NCBI GenBank assembly: GCA_028534125.1
Contig: CM052841.1
Location: 40,238,001 to 40,302,000, forward strand
Length of the DNA: 64,000 nucleotides
Direction: 5' to 3'
Source of the DNA: Lama glama
Lineage: Eukaryota
The position numbers were made by a program, and so were the translations under genes. Position 1 is the first letter of the stretch; each line of letters begins with the position of its first letter. The notes below the pieces were generated by a model that was not told the DNA's origin, did not search any database, and was given only the letters and a program-made list of their open reading frames with translations. Below, piece after piece: positions 39,226 to 52,689 of the stretch.

Positions 39226-42200
39226 GACAGAAATCACCCACTATCTTCAACTGTCATTTAACTGCATACTTCACCTCCTAATGGTGCCTATGCCCTTTGA
39301 TTACTGCGGGTGGTGTGGGGTGGTGACTGATACACTGGGCTGGAAGTAGGGAGGCCCAACTTTGCTCGGGGGCTCCCTGCCTTTGGGGGGACGTCAAGAA
39401 ATTCACTTCTCCATCCCTAAAATGGGAATTGTATGTAAATCATGGCTCTCTAGACCTCCTGGGCAGCTGAGATGATACAAATGTGAGGGCCCAGGACAAA
39501 CTAAGTGCTGGCGTGAGGGTCAGCACTCCCCTGCTCCACGGGAGGGCCATCTCCATCTTTCCCATCTGCTCGCTTCCCTCAGAGTCACTGTGACAGGCTC
39601 TTCGAAGGCCAGCCCAAGGAAGCAGATGCCACAGCCAGAACAGCAGGGGCTCATTTCCAGCCTGGCTGAGCATGGGCTTTCCTGGGGTGACCCAGCCCAG
39701 CCCAGATGTCAAATTCCTGTTAATTCCCACCACAGGCTAGGCCCTGGGTTTTCCCTGGGTCCCTGCAGTGACATAGGCCCAGCCAGGGTCCTTCAGACCC
39801 ATTACCACATTATAGAAATGCATAACTAACTCTCCAGCCAGGCCCTAGGAGCCACTCAAAGGCCTCCCTCTGCCAGATCACCCACAGCCCCACCTGTTCC
39901 CACTATGAGCTCCAGGCCCACGCCTTTCCCACTAGACCCCAGCTGTACTCGCTGATTTTCATGATTTTGGCCGATTTTCACTAGAGCACTTCTCATTGTT
40001 TCCCCAGCCACTTTTCAGGGTCAGACTGAAACCTCCTCCACCTCCCCCAAGGAGCCTGACCAGATTCCCCCTCCCAGAACCAATCAGACGCCCCTGTGAC
40101 CCTGATCATTGTGCTGTCCAGTGGAATGCCTTGAGCCTGCTGCCCTGTCCCGCAGCTCCGCACACCTACTCCACAATGCCCTGTACTGCATTCTCCACTG
40201 TGCCCATGCCAGGGGGTTCACCCAGAACACGTGTAGGGACCTGAACCATTAAAACAGCCCCCTGTGAACAAAGCAACTGTTCAGCATACTTTAGATTCCA
40301 GGGACTGATGTCTTAACTGTGCATTTCCCAATCTGAAAACAATGAGTTGCATCCTCTCTGGAAAAGTGGTCTCTAGGGGAAGAGAAAGCAAAAGCACTTA
40401 GCTGTGGGGCCAGCTGCCTTTAGACGGGAGAAGCCCAAGGTGACCCAGCCTGGGAACGCGGAGCTGAAGTGGGGGTAATGGGAGGAAAGAAATCAGAAGG
40501 CAATAGTACTCCCCCCTCCTCTGCCATAGGAGCAATCAACTGAGTCAGCAAATCCTGGGAAGAGCTGGCCGGCCAGCTGCCTTTAATCCTCCCAGAACAC
40601 GCTGGCAGCAGGGAAAGCTCAGAGAGGCAGGCCTCGCGTCAGGGCCACGGCCCCTGTGCTGGAGCCAGCAAGCTGAGGCGGTGACCTGGAGAGGCAGGCA
40701 AGCCCTGGCTCTGCCTGGCAGCCCACTCCAACCTGCTGCTGCATATGAATTACAGGGAGGAGGCTGGTGGCCAACTGGCTTCAAGGCCGGCCCTGCCTCT
40801 CTCCGACACAAGGAAGCGCTTTGTGCAGCCCAACACCTCATTATCTGGCATCTCGGCCACACCGGAAAGGGCAAATAATGGGGTAAGTGTGACACATGTT
40901 GTGCAGACGTCCCTCCCTGCACAAACCTGTCCTTGAGTCCCCACTGCCTATGAAGCAAGGGCTCAATTAACTCCTTAGTAAGGCATTTGTGGCCCTTCCA
41001 TCTGGCCACAACAAATATTTCCAGAAGAACCTCTTTTAGTCTAATTCATTTATTCATTCAAAAAATATTTTTTGAGCACCTACAAGGTGCTGGCACAATG
41101 CAGAAGGAACTGAAGAAACCCTAAGCCACACCACCCTGAAGCCTGGGCAGCTCACACACAAGTCCCCAGCTTAGAGCTCTGCATACAGGAGGTGCTCAAG
41201 GCTTGGTAACTGTTATCATCCTCACTCCCACCCGCCCCTGAAGAGGGAGAAAGCTGCTCTTCCCAGATGCCTGCCCTCTTTGTAAGTCTTACCATCACAT
41301 CAGAAAGGTGGGCACAAAAGCCACTCTGACAATTGGAGGCCCACCAGGTGCCATAGATTTAGAGTGTGCTGGCTGCTCTGGGGGGTGCTGGGCTTGGGTG
41401 TTTCCCTGTGCTGGAGTCACTGGAGGTTTGGGGACTCTGGGGGTTTCGGGAATGCATGGGGCCCTCAATCAACCTGGCTGAGGCCACCTATGTGACAAGC
41501 ATTCCTAGGCGCACTCCAGGTCAGGCCCTGTGGGAGGCGCTCCCACTGGGAAGGATGAGGAGGATAAAGGTACATTACACGTAAAGACACAGGGGCATGC
41601 AGGTAAAATCCTGGAGGAAGGCAAGTGGTTTCCAACCGGCTGGCGGGGAATCATGGAGCAAGAGGAAACCTTTCACAAAGGTAAGGGTCAGCTTGGACAT
41701 CATGCTATGAGTCTAGACACAATAGAAGCCACAGAGAGTGTTTAAGTAATGACATGTCCAGAGGCACTTTTGAAAGACAGGAGATGAAGGACAGGCCAGA
41801 AGAGTGAAGACTTTTCTTCTGACAGCATCTGAAAAAGCCGTAATAGTAAGCAGTTTCACAATATTATCAACTTCCTACATATTTATAATGAGCCAGACTA
41901 TACAAGAAGAGATCCTACACAGGACAACATAGTCGTAGGAAAAAATGGTGCATTTTTAAAAGACATAAGAATGTACTTTTTTGACATGAGAATGTGGGCT
42001 ACTTCTGTACAACTTAGTGTTGATAAAAGATCTTATAGCATGTCTAGGTCAGAGAGCTTTCAAGAAACCCAGGGGTATGTGTTTGGTGGTGGAGGGAGAG
42101 AGAAGGGGAAGTTGGGATGCAGTGGGGGGATCTTCCATGCAATCAGGAGGTCAAAACAAGTATGTACAAAAACACAGATGGAACAAGTCAATGTGGACTG

Positions 42201-42234
42201 TCATTATGAAGAGATATGCCTAACATTTTAGAAC

Positions 42235-42418
42235 AGAGGTCTGTGAAGTTTATTTTTGTAAATAAAGTTTTATTGGAACATAGTCACATCCATTCATTCA
42301 TTTATATATTGTCTATGGCCACTTTCAAACGACATGGGAAGAATTGAGGAGCTGCATGTTGCCCCCAAAGCCTAAAATACTTACCATCTGGCCCTTTACA
42401 GAAAGTTGCTGACCCTGT
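42235..42418 (-). mobile_element. MER58A (hAT-Charlie)
   Basis: tttttgtaaataaagttttattggaaca...aagcctaaaatacttaccatctggccctttacagaaagttgctgaccctg. Confidence 0.85.
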
Positions 42419-43159
42419 GTTAGATGCATGGAGACTTACACATGCAAACTAGAACAAGGGGCCCCTCTGGGAGGAACAAACTTATTTCAAAGCCCCTCTG
42501 GGCTCCTCTGAGTTGGGCCCCCAGAGGAGCCACACACTTCTTTGACCATCTTAGGGTGGTAAATCTTCCATCCTCTAGAGTAGATACAATTTCTGGAAAC
42601 TGCCCAAGGCTTTTCAAACCAATTCAGGTGAAAAGGTGGTTGATTATGGTAAGGAATGAAACATGCAAGCTTGCCAAGGGCAGGACGCATGCCTTAAACG
42701 CTGGGTGAATTGAAATGGCAGTGAGAAATGTGGTTTCATTATAAAGTTGTGCAACTTTATTTCTTGTGTCTTGTTAATTGGGGACAACAGTCATCTGATG
42801 TTCAGGCCTCAGCCTGGTAGTAAAAGACCTCAGTTGCTTGTGACTACCTCTTACAAGATCAACTGCATTCCACAGGAACCTGCGGTCTGGGGATGGCTGT
42901 CCTGGGAAGTCTGGAAAAGACAGGGCCAGGTAACAGAGAACATGTGGCCATTACAGATGGAGACACTGTGGCCCAGAGAGGAGATGGGATTTGTCCAAAG
43001 TCACCCAGCCATGGAGCCTCAAGGTTCAGTTCATCCAGAGTGGTGACAATGTTCCAAGTTCTAAGCCAGAAGCTGCCAGTGTAAATAAAACATGAGTACA
43101 TGTTCTCAAGAAGCTGAGTCCCTCGTATCCAATGAGACAGGAATGTCAATTAAAACACA

Positions 43160-43330
43160 GAAATTTGACAGGCCTTGGCCATATCCCCCAACCTGAGTCT
43201 GTTTCCTCATTTGAAAAATGGACAGTAACCTCCTTGCAGAGTGTTCCTGCGAGGATTACAGTCTAACGATGTACCTAAAGCACCCAGCAGAGTACAGCAT
43301 ACACTGGGTGCTCAATAAAACGTAGCTCAT
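43160..43330 (+). mobile_element. MIR SINE
   Basis: tgagtctgtttcctcatttgaaaaatgg...ggtgctcaataaa. Confidence 0.7.
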
Positions 43331-44229
43331 AATCTCAGGCATGAGGCTGAGTACAATGGTTGCGACATTCCATTATCCCTACCCACAAGCACGGGTACAC
43401 ACACACCCTTCCATACAGGAAACGCTTCAAGACTGCAAGGCTTCGGTGGGCACCTGTCCTGGGCATGGCTGGCCACATTCTGCCTGCCTCCTGCAGGGAA
43501 GTTAACGGAGTGGGAAACTGCAATCGGCATTTGGAGCAGCCACGTTCCCAGACTGAGGGACCAATCCCTCTCCTGGGGACTAACTCCTTCAGCAGGACCA
43601 CAGCTGTAAACAGCACGGACAAATAGGAATGGAGAAACGGAAGCAGATGAAGAGCAGGTTGCCCTGGCTTTGGAAGGCAGCCAGGAGAGGTGCCTTCCAA
43701 AGGGGCAAGGGAAAATCCCCATACCTTCCCTAGTCAGGAATAATGCCAGTAAATCCCTCCACGCTGGCGTCTCTCCTTTCATGAATGGTCCAACGTGCCA
43801 GCGGGAGTTAAGCAAGAGAGGGTGTGTGTGCTGTGGCTTCCTGTGCCTGGCTGCGCAGTTCGGATAACAGGTCCCTGCCCAGGCGAGGGCTGTGACCATG
43901 ACACAGACAGATGATGTCCTGACCGGGCACCAAGGGCCAGCGCTGGCACCGCAGAGCAAGCCTGGTGAGCTTATATAACAAAGAGCTTGTCACCACTTCC
44001 TGTGAGCCTCAGCGCCCACATTCCAACACAATGAGACGCTCTCTCAGCCCTGGCTTTGAAGTTCAAAAAACGACTCATTCGGAAGGCTGGGCAGAGCTGG
44101 CTGGGAGGCAGAGAGACTGCACCGGCTCACCTTCCCATTCCCCTGGTGCTTGACATGTCACTACTTAATTTTTTTAGTGTACCTTTGTGATTAAATAAGT
44201 GTTTGTTTTTAAAAACTGAAGTATACCTA

Positions 44230-44640
44230 ACTGGGCAGTGACAACCACTGTTCAGGTTTGGGTCTATTTATGTTCGGCTTGTTCCCTACATATGTAGGTT
44301 GGAACGGGGAAAGGGGAGAAAACAAGTATTCAGTTTCTTAAATCCTACTTTTTAAGAAGTCTTCCGTGGTAAGCCTTTCCCTTCTCAACTCCTCTGCAGT
44401 TGAGTTACTCAACCCAGCTTTGGTTGGCGGCATTCCTTTCTACCATACACATATGCCATTTCCCACAGTTGGATATTTAGGTGATTTCCACTTTTTTGTT
44501 TTTCCAGATACTGTAGGATATTGGTAACTAAATCACTGTGACTCTTCACTCTATCCTTAGGATAAACTCCTAGGAGGGGAACCACTGGGCTACAGAGTAG
44601 CAACTTTCCATCTTCTCTGTGTTGTTCCCTCACTGTCTCC
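44230..44640 (-). mobile_element. Ancient L1 (L1ME-like) fragment
   Basis: ggatatttaggtgatttccacttttt...ccttaggataaactcctagg...actgggct. Confidence 0.55.
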
Positions 44641-44679
44641 TATCACTCTTCCCGACCTAGAACCAAGTCTACAACATTT

Positions 44680-44860
44680 TTAGCGCTACTCTGATTTATA
44701 AAGTCTTTTTATAGCGGCCTTATCAGCTGACCTCATGACAGGGATGAACACCTTCATTTAAAGATGGGAAAATAGGCTCAGGGAGGTCGAGTGACTTGCC
44801 CAAGGTCACAGACCCTCAACTTGAACCCAGACGAAACATCAGTCAGTGCTACTTCACTAC
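44680..44860 (-). mobile_element. MIR SINE
   Basis: agatgggaaaataggctcagggaggtcgagtgacttgcccaaggtcacag...ttgaacccag. Confidence 0.75.
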
Positions 44861-47249
44861 CCACCACCACTGCTCTGGGGGGCATGAGGTTGGGAGGTGG
44901 GGGCCCTCGACCAGCGCTGGAGCAGGTACTATGGGGGTATGTAAAAACTGAGTGCATGACAGTCTACAGCAGGCACAACTTGCTGCAAATCCACAAGACA
45001 CACCCTGTGATTCTGGGTCCACCTGTCAATGCTTGTCAGTTTTGATCATCCAACTGTAGACCAATGCAGTGAAACATCCCATAATCCTTCAGCAAAAGGG
45101 CTCTGGGGGTGTTTTCTTCAGCAGTGGGAAAGATTCTTTTACCACTAAATTACTAAGAAGTAGAGAACGTCACACCCCTAGCGGCTGCAGGATAAACTTA
45201 ATAATGACAATCTAACTCACTTGTGTCTAATTTTTAGACTGTAAATGCAAGATGACCTCAGATTTCACATTCAAACAAGCCTTTGAAATTCAAATACACA
45301 GATCTTCTAAGGAAGCCTGAGCTTCTTCCTACAAGGGAAGGCCTGATTCTCCTTTTTGAATTTTTTCAAGACAAGGCTGGGGAAGACAAGATCACATGAA
45401 CTTCCCATTCTGTTTCAGTACCCTTTACAGATCTAAAGTCCCTTTCCCACCCATAACAATCAGGTGGCCATCAGCAATGTCTTAGACAAAATGATTCTGT
45501 ATGAATGAAAACTGTACAACTGAAATTCATTTGCAGAGTAAGAACCATTTGAGCACAGACAGAATTATAGCTGCTGAACTTGAAAGAATCCAATGCTCCA
45601 AAGTACTTGCTAGAGAAACAGGTAAAACCAGAAGAAACCATCAAAAGCAAAGTGGTTACAATATTTTCCAGAATAACCATTCCCCAAAAGATCAGACACG
45701 TATTTTTTAAAAAGGCATTTCTAATTTAGGAGGGAAGAATTGAATGGTACCCCTGCCAAAAAGAAAATCAAGAATGTGCCCTCACCCCCACCCACTGACT
45801 TCTTACTTCCAAACTGCTTACTCAGTGCCCTTCTGTAAACTGTCTCTATGAACAATTTCTGCTTCCTCTGGAGGCTTCAAGTCTAATAATTTAAGGAACT
45901 CCTCAAAACAAAGGGCTTGCCTGGATGGAAAAATGTTCCTCAGCTTTTTCAAAACCAGGCTCACTTCTGCCTAGTCTGCGGGTGATGAAGAACCCGAATC
46001 AAGGGTACAGACAAAAACCAGTGTGGGGTGGGATAAAGGGAAGCCAGGCAAGACCCCAGCCACTTGCCTGGGTTGGGGGTCTGCACACTGACGTTGGGCC
46101 CAAGGCCTGCATGTGTGATCCGGGTCTTGACAACGTTCTTGGCTGTCCTGTGGGTGACTTGCAGGTGATGACACTGATTCCCATCATCCTGTCACTTCAC
46201 AGTCACACCACAGATGGCTTTCAGATGGATCCCGAGCCCCACAGAAGCTCAGCAAGCAGGAGCTGGATGACAGCTGAATTCCCCAAGTGTGTGCCCCAAG
46301 CCTGTGGCAAGAGGCCCCTGAGCTGGCCTGATGGCATGTTAGTCCTAGATCCTTATTTACAAAGCACCTCTTTTGGAATTGGGCAGCGTGCTCTGCTGAC
46401 CAGAGGGGCTTCTGATTCAGCAGTGAATGGAGGAATTGGCCAGGGATCCTCAGGGAGCCCTTCAATTGAGCCCAGCAAACGCCTTCAACAAGACTAATGT
46501 TTCTTCCCGCCCCTGGGGACCCAAAGGCTCACGAGCACTTACTGCTGCTCAGAGCTTCTCCGGTGGAGGACGTCTTCTAAAGGTCAGCATCCCAGTGGCA
46601 GCCAGAGCCCCAGGCTCCCTTCTGAAGGCTCCAATGGCACCACCAGCAGCTTTTCCATGGCTCCTTCTATTGGCCATCATTTGCCCAGACATCCCAGAAC
46701 ACCTCCAACTCCCAGAGATGCTGCCATCAGATGGGAGAGCTGAACATTGGTCTCAAGGTCAGGTGACTAGCTCTGTGGCCCCCAGAACAAACCCGGCCCA
46801 CTCCCCCATCTCTTTCACCCTGCACCCCGCACAGCTTCCCTCACGGAGGTGCTGCTGGGTGGCTCTGCCCTTTCCTGCTCCATGTTTCTGCAGAAACAAG
46901 CAGCGGAGGTGCCGCCTGGTTCAGACAAGGCCTCCTCCCGCCCAATTCTCCAGAAAGACCTTGGGTGGAGACGGGTGTCTATTCCTGACTCAGGCCTGTA
47001 ACCCCTGGTACACGAGCCTCTGACTCTGACAGAATGTGGATAAATGCTAGGCTGGACTGGGAAACTTAAAAACTCCACAGAGGGCATCTCAGTTACTGAC
47101 AACAGTGATCCAGAGAAATCTATCCCCCTGACACGTGCTCGGTCAGTTTCCCTCCATTGACCAGTGTCATCTGTGAGCTGCCTGAACAGTCAGTCACAGA
47201 ATTTCATGGCTTAAGGATGCAGAATGGGGTCAGTCTCATTACCTCCGCC

Positions 47250-47700
47250 TAAAGGATTTGGTGTCCTCTTAACTGGGCTCCACACTTCCAGGGTCAGCTT
47301 AGGCCTCCCTTCTCCCACCCTCTCTAACCCATCCTCTTAAGATAGAGACAGGTAGGTCTCCCTAAAGCACAGATCGGACCCTGTCACTCTTGCTCCACCA
47401 CCTTTCATTACCCACAGAGGAAAGAGAAACTCTGGCCTGGCCCTTCAGGCCTTCCAACACCTGGCCTCATCTCTCTCTCTTGTATCTTTTCTCTTGTGTC
47501 TTCTCACACTTTGGACAATTCACAAGGCCCTCTCCCAGAGTGACCTCCTCACAACCACCAGTCTCTAAATATCCAAATCCATGAAGGCCCAGCTCCTGTG
47601 CCACCTCCTCCATGAAGCCTTCCTGATGTTCCTTTGGTAGTATCATCCTGAGAAGACACAAGGACAATGCCTGGTACAAACCAGATGCTTTATAAACAGC
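47250..47700 (+). mobile_element. L2 LINE fragment
   Basis: aaagcacagatcggaccctgtcactct...aaggcccagctcctgtgccacctcctccatgaagccttcctga. Confidence 0.6.
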
Positions 47701-47789
47701 AGAGAGCTGTGGTTTTTAAATGGCTCTAGCCTTGTGGTTTTAAGACCACCAGATGAAATGGAACAGTCCTCTGCCACTGTTCCCTACAG

Positions 47790-48025
47790 CTATGTAGACA
47801 GAGGTTAAGGGCAGACAGAAACCAAATTAACTGTCTGGGCTCAGCACCCCCATCTGCAGCTCTGCGTACACTAGCTGTGTCACCTATGACAACACACTAA
47901 AAAAAAACCACACCTCTGTCTGCCTCAGTTTCTCCATCTGTAAAATGGGACTCTTAACAGAACTTATATCCTACGGTGAGTTGTGAGGTTCAGTGAGTTA
48001 ATATTCACAAAGCATTTAGAACAGG
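47790..48025 (+). mobile_element. MIR SINE
   Basis: gcctcagtttctccatctgtaaaatggga...gttgtgaggttcagtgagttaatattcacaaagcatttagaacag. Confidence 0.85.
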
Positions 48026-49584
48026 GTGGTCATCCAGGTGGAGTTTTCATTTCTACTCTCCCACTTCAGGGAATCATGGGTCAGCCACAAACTGACCATC
48101 AAGATAAGGACAAAGCCAGTTTTTGAAGACAACCTTACCAGGCCAGGAATGGAAATCCCACTGGCTTGACTGTGGCTATAGGAACCCCAGAGTTGAAGGC
48201 TGGGCTGAGGCCCAAGATAGACTGTGGCCAAAAGAATTCATAAAGCTCTTCCTACGCGCCAGGCATTGCACTTAGCCATTTAAACAAATAGTTAAATACT
48301 CACAATAAGTAAGCAATAGAGGAAACAAGTAGTGTACATTTTTTATAGTACTGATATTTAAAGAGTAATATGATATTCACCTTGAAAACTAGTTATGGTT
48401 AGTATGCGTTTATAATTTTGCCAAAATATACAACTAAATCCTCACAATGACCCTATGTACTGCCCCTGAACCTCATGTCAGAATGTTTCATCATCTGTAA
48501 AAGAGAGTTTCTAACAGGACCACCTCAGAGACCGGCTGTGAGGATCACACATGGAAAGTGTTACACTGGTGTGAGGCACAGAGTGAGCAGTCAGGAAACA
48601 CCGTCTCATTGTTACGCCCATGTTAGGGCTGATGGGGCATTCCGGGCCCCGAGAAACTAATCACTTGTACCAAATTACTAAGCTTCCAAGCACCAGGGCC
48701 AGGATTTGAGCCCAGACTTCTGACCCCAAAGCTGGTGCTCATTTCACACCACCACAGGGGACACCATTAGGGTCTTGCTGTGTTTGGATCAACAGCTCTA
48801 GGCAGCTGTGGTGTGCTGCCGTGCTGGCTACCCCCACAAAGGGCAAAGACCCAGGACTAAGAATACTTGGCTTCTCTCAGCTGGGCAGCTTCTGCTCCAC
48901 TTGCTACCTGCTCAGCGCTGAGGTCCTGGTGGCAAGATCCCATCAGCTCCCCTGGAATCTACTCCTGCCTGCTGCTCTTCTGCTCTCTTTGGTCTGAGAC
49001 CCCTGAAATCCACCTGGGAATCCCTCGGTGCTCCCCATCTGGTCACGCTTTGGCACAGCTAACTCTTCAGTGCCAAGCTCAGCCCGCCGACTCAGAACCT
49101 GCCCCAGCCTGCCACTTCCTGTCCTGGAAGCTCCCAGACTGAGGGTCCACCAACGTCCTCCACACTTGGGATGCTGTGAAGGGTACTTGCCCTTAGCAGT
49201 TGGTGTTCTGGCTGGGAATCCGGCTCTGTGGGGAAATGATACAGCCTGCAGCTTCCCTCTGCCTTTGAAGATACCATCACACATCTGAGGGTCGTCAAGT
49301 GGAAGAAGTAAGGTTAGACTGGTTCTACTTGACCTCAAAGAGTCCAACTAAAATAAGATCACCAACAGAGAGAAAGAGGTCAGCCAGCACAGCTCCTGTA
49401 AGCACCAGGCACTCAACAAACCTGTACTAAATTGGAGGGAACAGCAGAGAAAAACTTGAAAGCCCCGCTGTGTACAGGAGTACATGGTTATGTCGTCACT
49501 GGAAGTTTTCAGGCACGGGTGCAGGAGGGTTGGACTGGGTGATCCCCAGGCTCCCCTGGAACCCCAAGCTAAGGTTCAGGGCAG

Positions 49585-49760
49585 CAACTTTCCACCTTGG
49601 CTGCATATCAGAATCATCTGGGGACCTTCTAAAACTACTGATGCCCAGGCACAAGCCCCAGAAACCGTGCTGTAACCAGTCTGAGGTGAAGCCCAGGCAA
49701 CAACAAATTTTGAAAAATGCTCTCCTGGTGATTTCAATTTGCTGCTGGGGCTGGTCTAGG
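49585..49760. mobile_element. MER5A-like (hAT-Charlie)
   Basis: ccttggctgcatatcagaatcatctgggg...ctgatgcccaggc...ctcctggtgatttc. Confidence 0.75.
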
Positions 49761-51049
49761 TAGGGCACATTGACGTGGTATGACACACAGTATAGTGAAT
49801 TAGGTAGACACTCTGAGCCTCTTAGAACCACAGAAATGTTCACAGAAGTGTTCAAAAATCTGCATTTTTTTGTTCAAAATCTGCATTTTTTCCCCCTTGA
49901 CTTATTCCCCATGAACACTCCTGGGCTTAATCTGTTCCGTCAACACTAATTCATTAATGTCGCAAACCCCATAGCAGACACTGCAGAATGGATTATCCTG
50001 ACACTGGCCTGAGCCGGGAAAAGAAGAACATGTAACAGAGTTTCAGGAAGGGACTCTCACTGATTGAAGACACAGGACACCCGGGTTGAGGGGGCCGGAA
50101 AAGGTTGGGGGGCAAGGGGAGAACTCTGAATTCATGTCACTTGCATTGGACTCGGTAGGTGCTAAAAAAGTATAAATAACCAAAATAATGTAGTTCCCAC
50201 ATGACACAAGAATTTCAAGTCTTCCCCATTCTTCAAGTCTGAGCTCTGCCACCCACAGCCTGCTCCACTACTGCCCACCGCAGGCTCCAGTGCTCCTCAC
50301 TACTCAGGGTCATTCACCTGCCTCTCTGGCCTGGCACTGAACTCCCTCTGCCTTGCAGTAGAGATATTCCTGGGCCTTTCCAACATTGCCTCCTGGGCTC
50401 TGGGTTAGAGCGCTGGGGCTTACTTATTACTAACTGTCCGCAGGACTCAGCCCACTGCTGTAACATGGTAGGTGTCTAAAAAGTGTTTGCTGCATGGAGG
50501 ACTGAATGTTGCATCCCTTTCTCCACAAAAGTCACCGTGTCAAAGCTGAAAGAGATACTCCCAGATAAGGCCACAAAAGCAGGACAGACAGTAAATGGCT
50601 GCCCCCAAAATATTTAGACAGTTGGTCCCCTGGTCCTGGAGAGGGAAGTCGACTACATCAGAGGTGAGGCGAAGTTTTCCTGGCCTCATCTCACCCACAG
50701 TGTCAGGTCTAGCATCCAAAGATGGAAGTGCTAACACCCAACTACTTCCCTCAGGTGTCAGGAATTGAATATGTAATAAGCGCATGGGTATCTGAAGACA
50801 GAAGGTGTCATTTTATAAAGACAAGGTGAAATCATCATTATCATAATAGCAATTGAGACCTAAATGCAGTCAGGGTGAGACGGAGTCAAAATATTGAAGT
50901 CTACAAAGGCACGTGGAGAAATACAGACAGATCACAAAGAGAGGAGAAGAGGATGTCCAGACACAGACTGGTCATTCATAAAAATAAAATTAAAACCCTA
51001 CCTCATACCCTGAAATCAAACTCCAAACTAAGATGTCAATGTTAAAAAA

Positions 51050-51101
51050 GAAAAGGAAGGAAGGAAGAAAGGGAGGAGGGAAGGAAGGAACGAACGAATG
51101 A
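51050..51101 (+). repeat. (GGAA)n-type purine microsatellite
   Basis: gaaaaggaaggaaggaagaaagggaggagggaaggaaggaacgaacgaatga. Confidence 0.8.
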
Positions 51102-51813
51102 ACCAAAGGATTAGAAAAAAATACATTGGAGTACGGAAGACTCTTCTAAGCAGCACACTCAAGAAATCATGAAGAGCATCAAGACTGATTCAGCAACAGA
51201 AAACAATTCAGTATAAACAACAAAAACAATCACCAGCTACAGAGCCGAAAGGCAAACTACAAACTTGTAAAAAATATCCTGCAACCCAAATGGCAGGTAA
51301 GGGGCTGCCATCCTTAATCCACAAAAGCCCTCACGAATCAGTAAAAAGATAACCCTGTGGCAGAAAGGATGAGAGAAGATAGAAGTATACAAGTTTGGAA
51401 AAGAGACACAAGTGGTCAATGCACATATGTACTATTTACCCAAGAAACTGCAGACTAAACTAAACTGCGTTAAACAGGCACAAACTTGTAAGGTCTTTCT
51501 AGAATACAATATGAAAGCATGTATCAAAATTTGTACCTTTCTTACACAATAATTCTGGGAGTCAATCCCAGGGAAATAATCAGACTTATTTATGCAAAGA
51601 ATTAAGTTACAAAGATGTTCATTACACTCTGTTAATTTGTGAAAACTAATAATAGCCTAATAATGGAGAGCCTAAGTAGGCAACCAGAATTCTAGGCAGA
51701 CATTAAATTACTGTTGTTGAATGTTTAAGACAATGTAGACATCTTTCCAAGCCTTTAAGCGAAAAACAGCATAAACAGATACACACAATACTACTTAATG
51801 TTTGTGGAGGGAA

Positions 51814-51816
51814 ATA

Positions 51817-51851
<35 letters not shown>

Positions 51852-51898
51852 GTGTATGTGTATATATATATGTGTGTGTGTGTGTATACACATATATG
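51814..51898 (+). repeat. Compound (TG)n/(TA)n microsatellite
   Basis: Read directly from the sequence. Confidence 0.95.
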
Positions 51899-52689
51899 CA
51901 TTGAAAAGGGGCTGAATGGAAAAAGAGTGAAATGTTCAGTGGTTTCTTTCAATTGGAGAGTTAGAGTTGATCTCTATTTAAGTTTTGCTTACCTGCATTT
52001 TCCATACCAATCTTACCTTAGTTTTGTTAAAAGGTGAAGAAAAAGTTACCCCAGAGATGAACATTGAAATATACTAAAAAATCCAGGCTTGCTCAGAACA
52101 CAGCCAACTTGCAACTGCCCCACACGGGAAGGCAGGTAGGGGCTGCACCATTCCTCAAATGCCACGAGGGCCCCAAATCACATGTGTGCCTTTGGAATGC
52201 ACCGGGAGGATTACGAAGCTGTCTGGCTTTCTGGGACATCACAAAACAGTGATGCTTCACTGTGAAGAACTTTCTGGCCATTTTCATTTTTAGAATTTAG
52301 CTGGAGAAACTGGGGAAGTTCCATTCCTCGTTCTTTCTGCCTCCTCCTCATAGCCCACGTACTGGTGGGCCCCCTGATAAGGGAGAACTTCCCCAACAAT
52401 CACAAGTGCTCCGCAGTGAAATGCTCTGCTTAGCAAAACAGGCAGGCTCCAGGCTCATATCCATCCTGCCCTGGTTACCAGCTCAAGTGGGTACTTGAAT
52501 TTAGAGAATTGGGGCAATTTTAGACCAGTGGCAGGTAGCCCTTCACACCCAACCCCCTGCCTCCTTCCTTGATCTCCTGTACTTACACCAAGGAATCCCC
52601 AGGCTCAGGCCACACCTGCTTGCACTCAGAAGGGCTCCCATTCTGATCTCAATCACTGTGGACTGAATTCCTTCTGTCTAGGATGCCCC

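Larger units (their letters stand above)
50970..52040 (+). mobile_element. Ancient L1 (L1ME-like) ORF2/3' fragments
   Basis: A-rich degenerate L1 motifs (ccctacctcatacc...aaactccaaa; aaagatgttcattaca), interrupted by microsatellites. Confidence 0.6.

Noticed and set aside
43327-47023. Longer intronic ORFs (210, 190 and 198 aa), and similar ones at 12422, 12862, 23974 and 29920
   Set aside because: No homology I recognise, composition typical of random genomic frames, many with non-ATG starts, some overlapping decayed repeats.
49850-49892. Short tandem duplications (gttcaaaa(a)tctgcatttttt x2; also near 12265-12302 and 9488-9506)
   Set aside because: Ordinary slippage products with no evident motif consequence.
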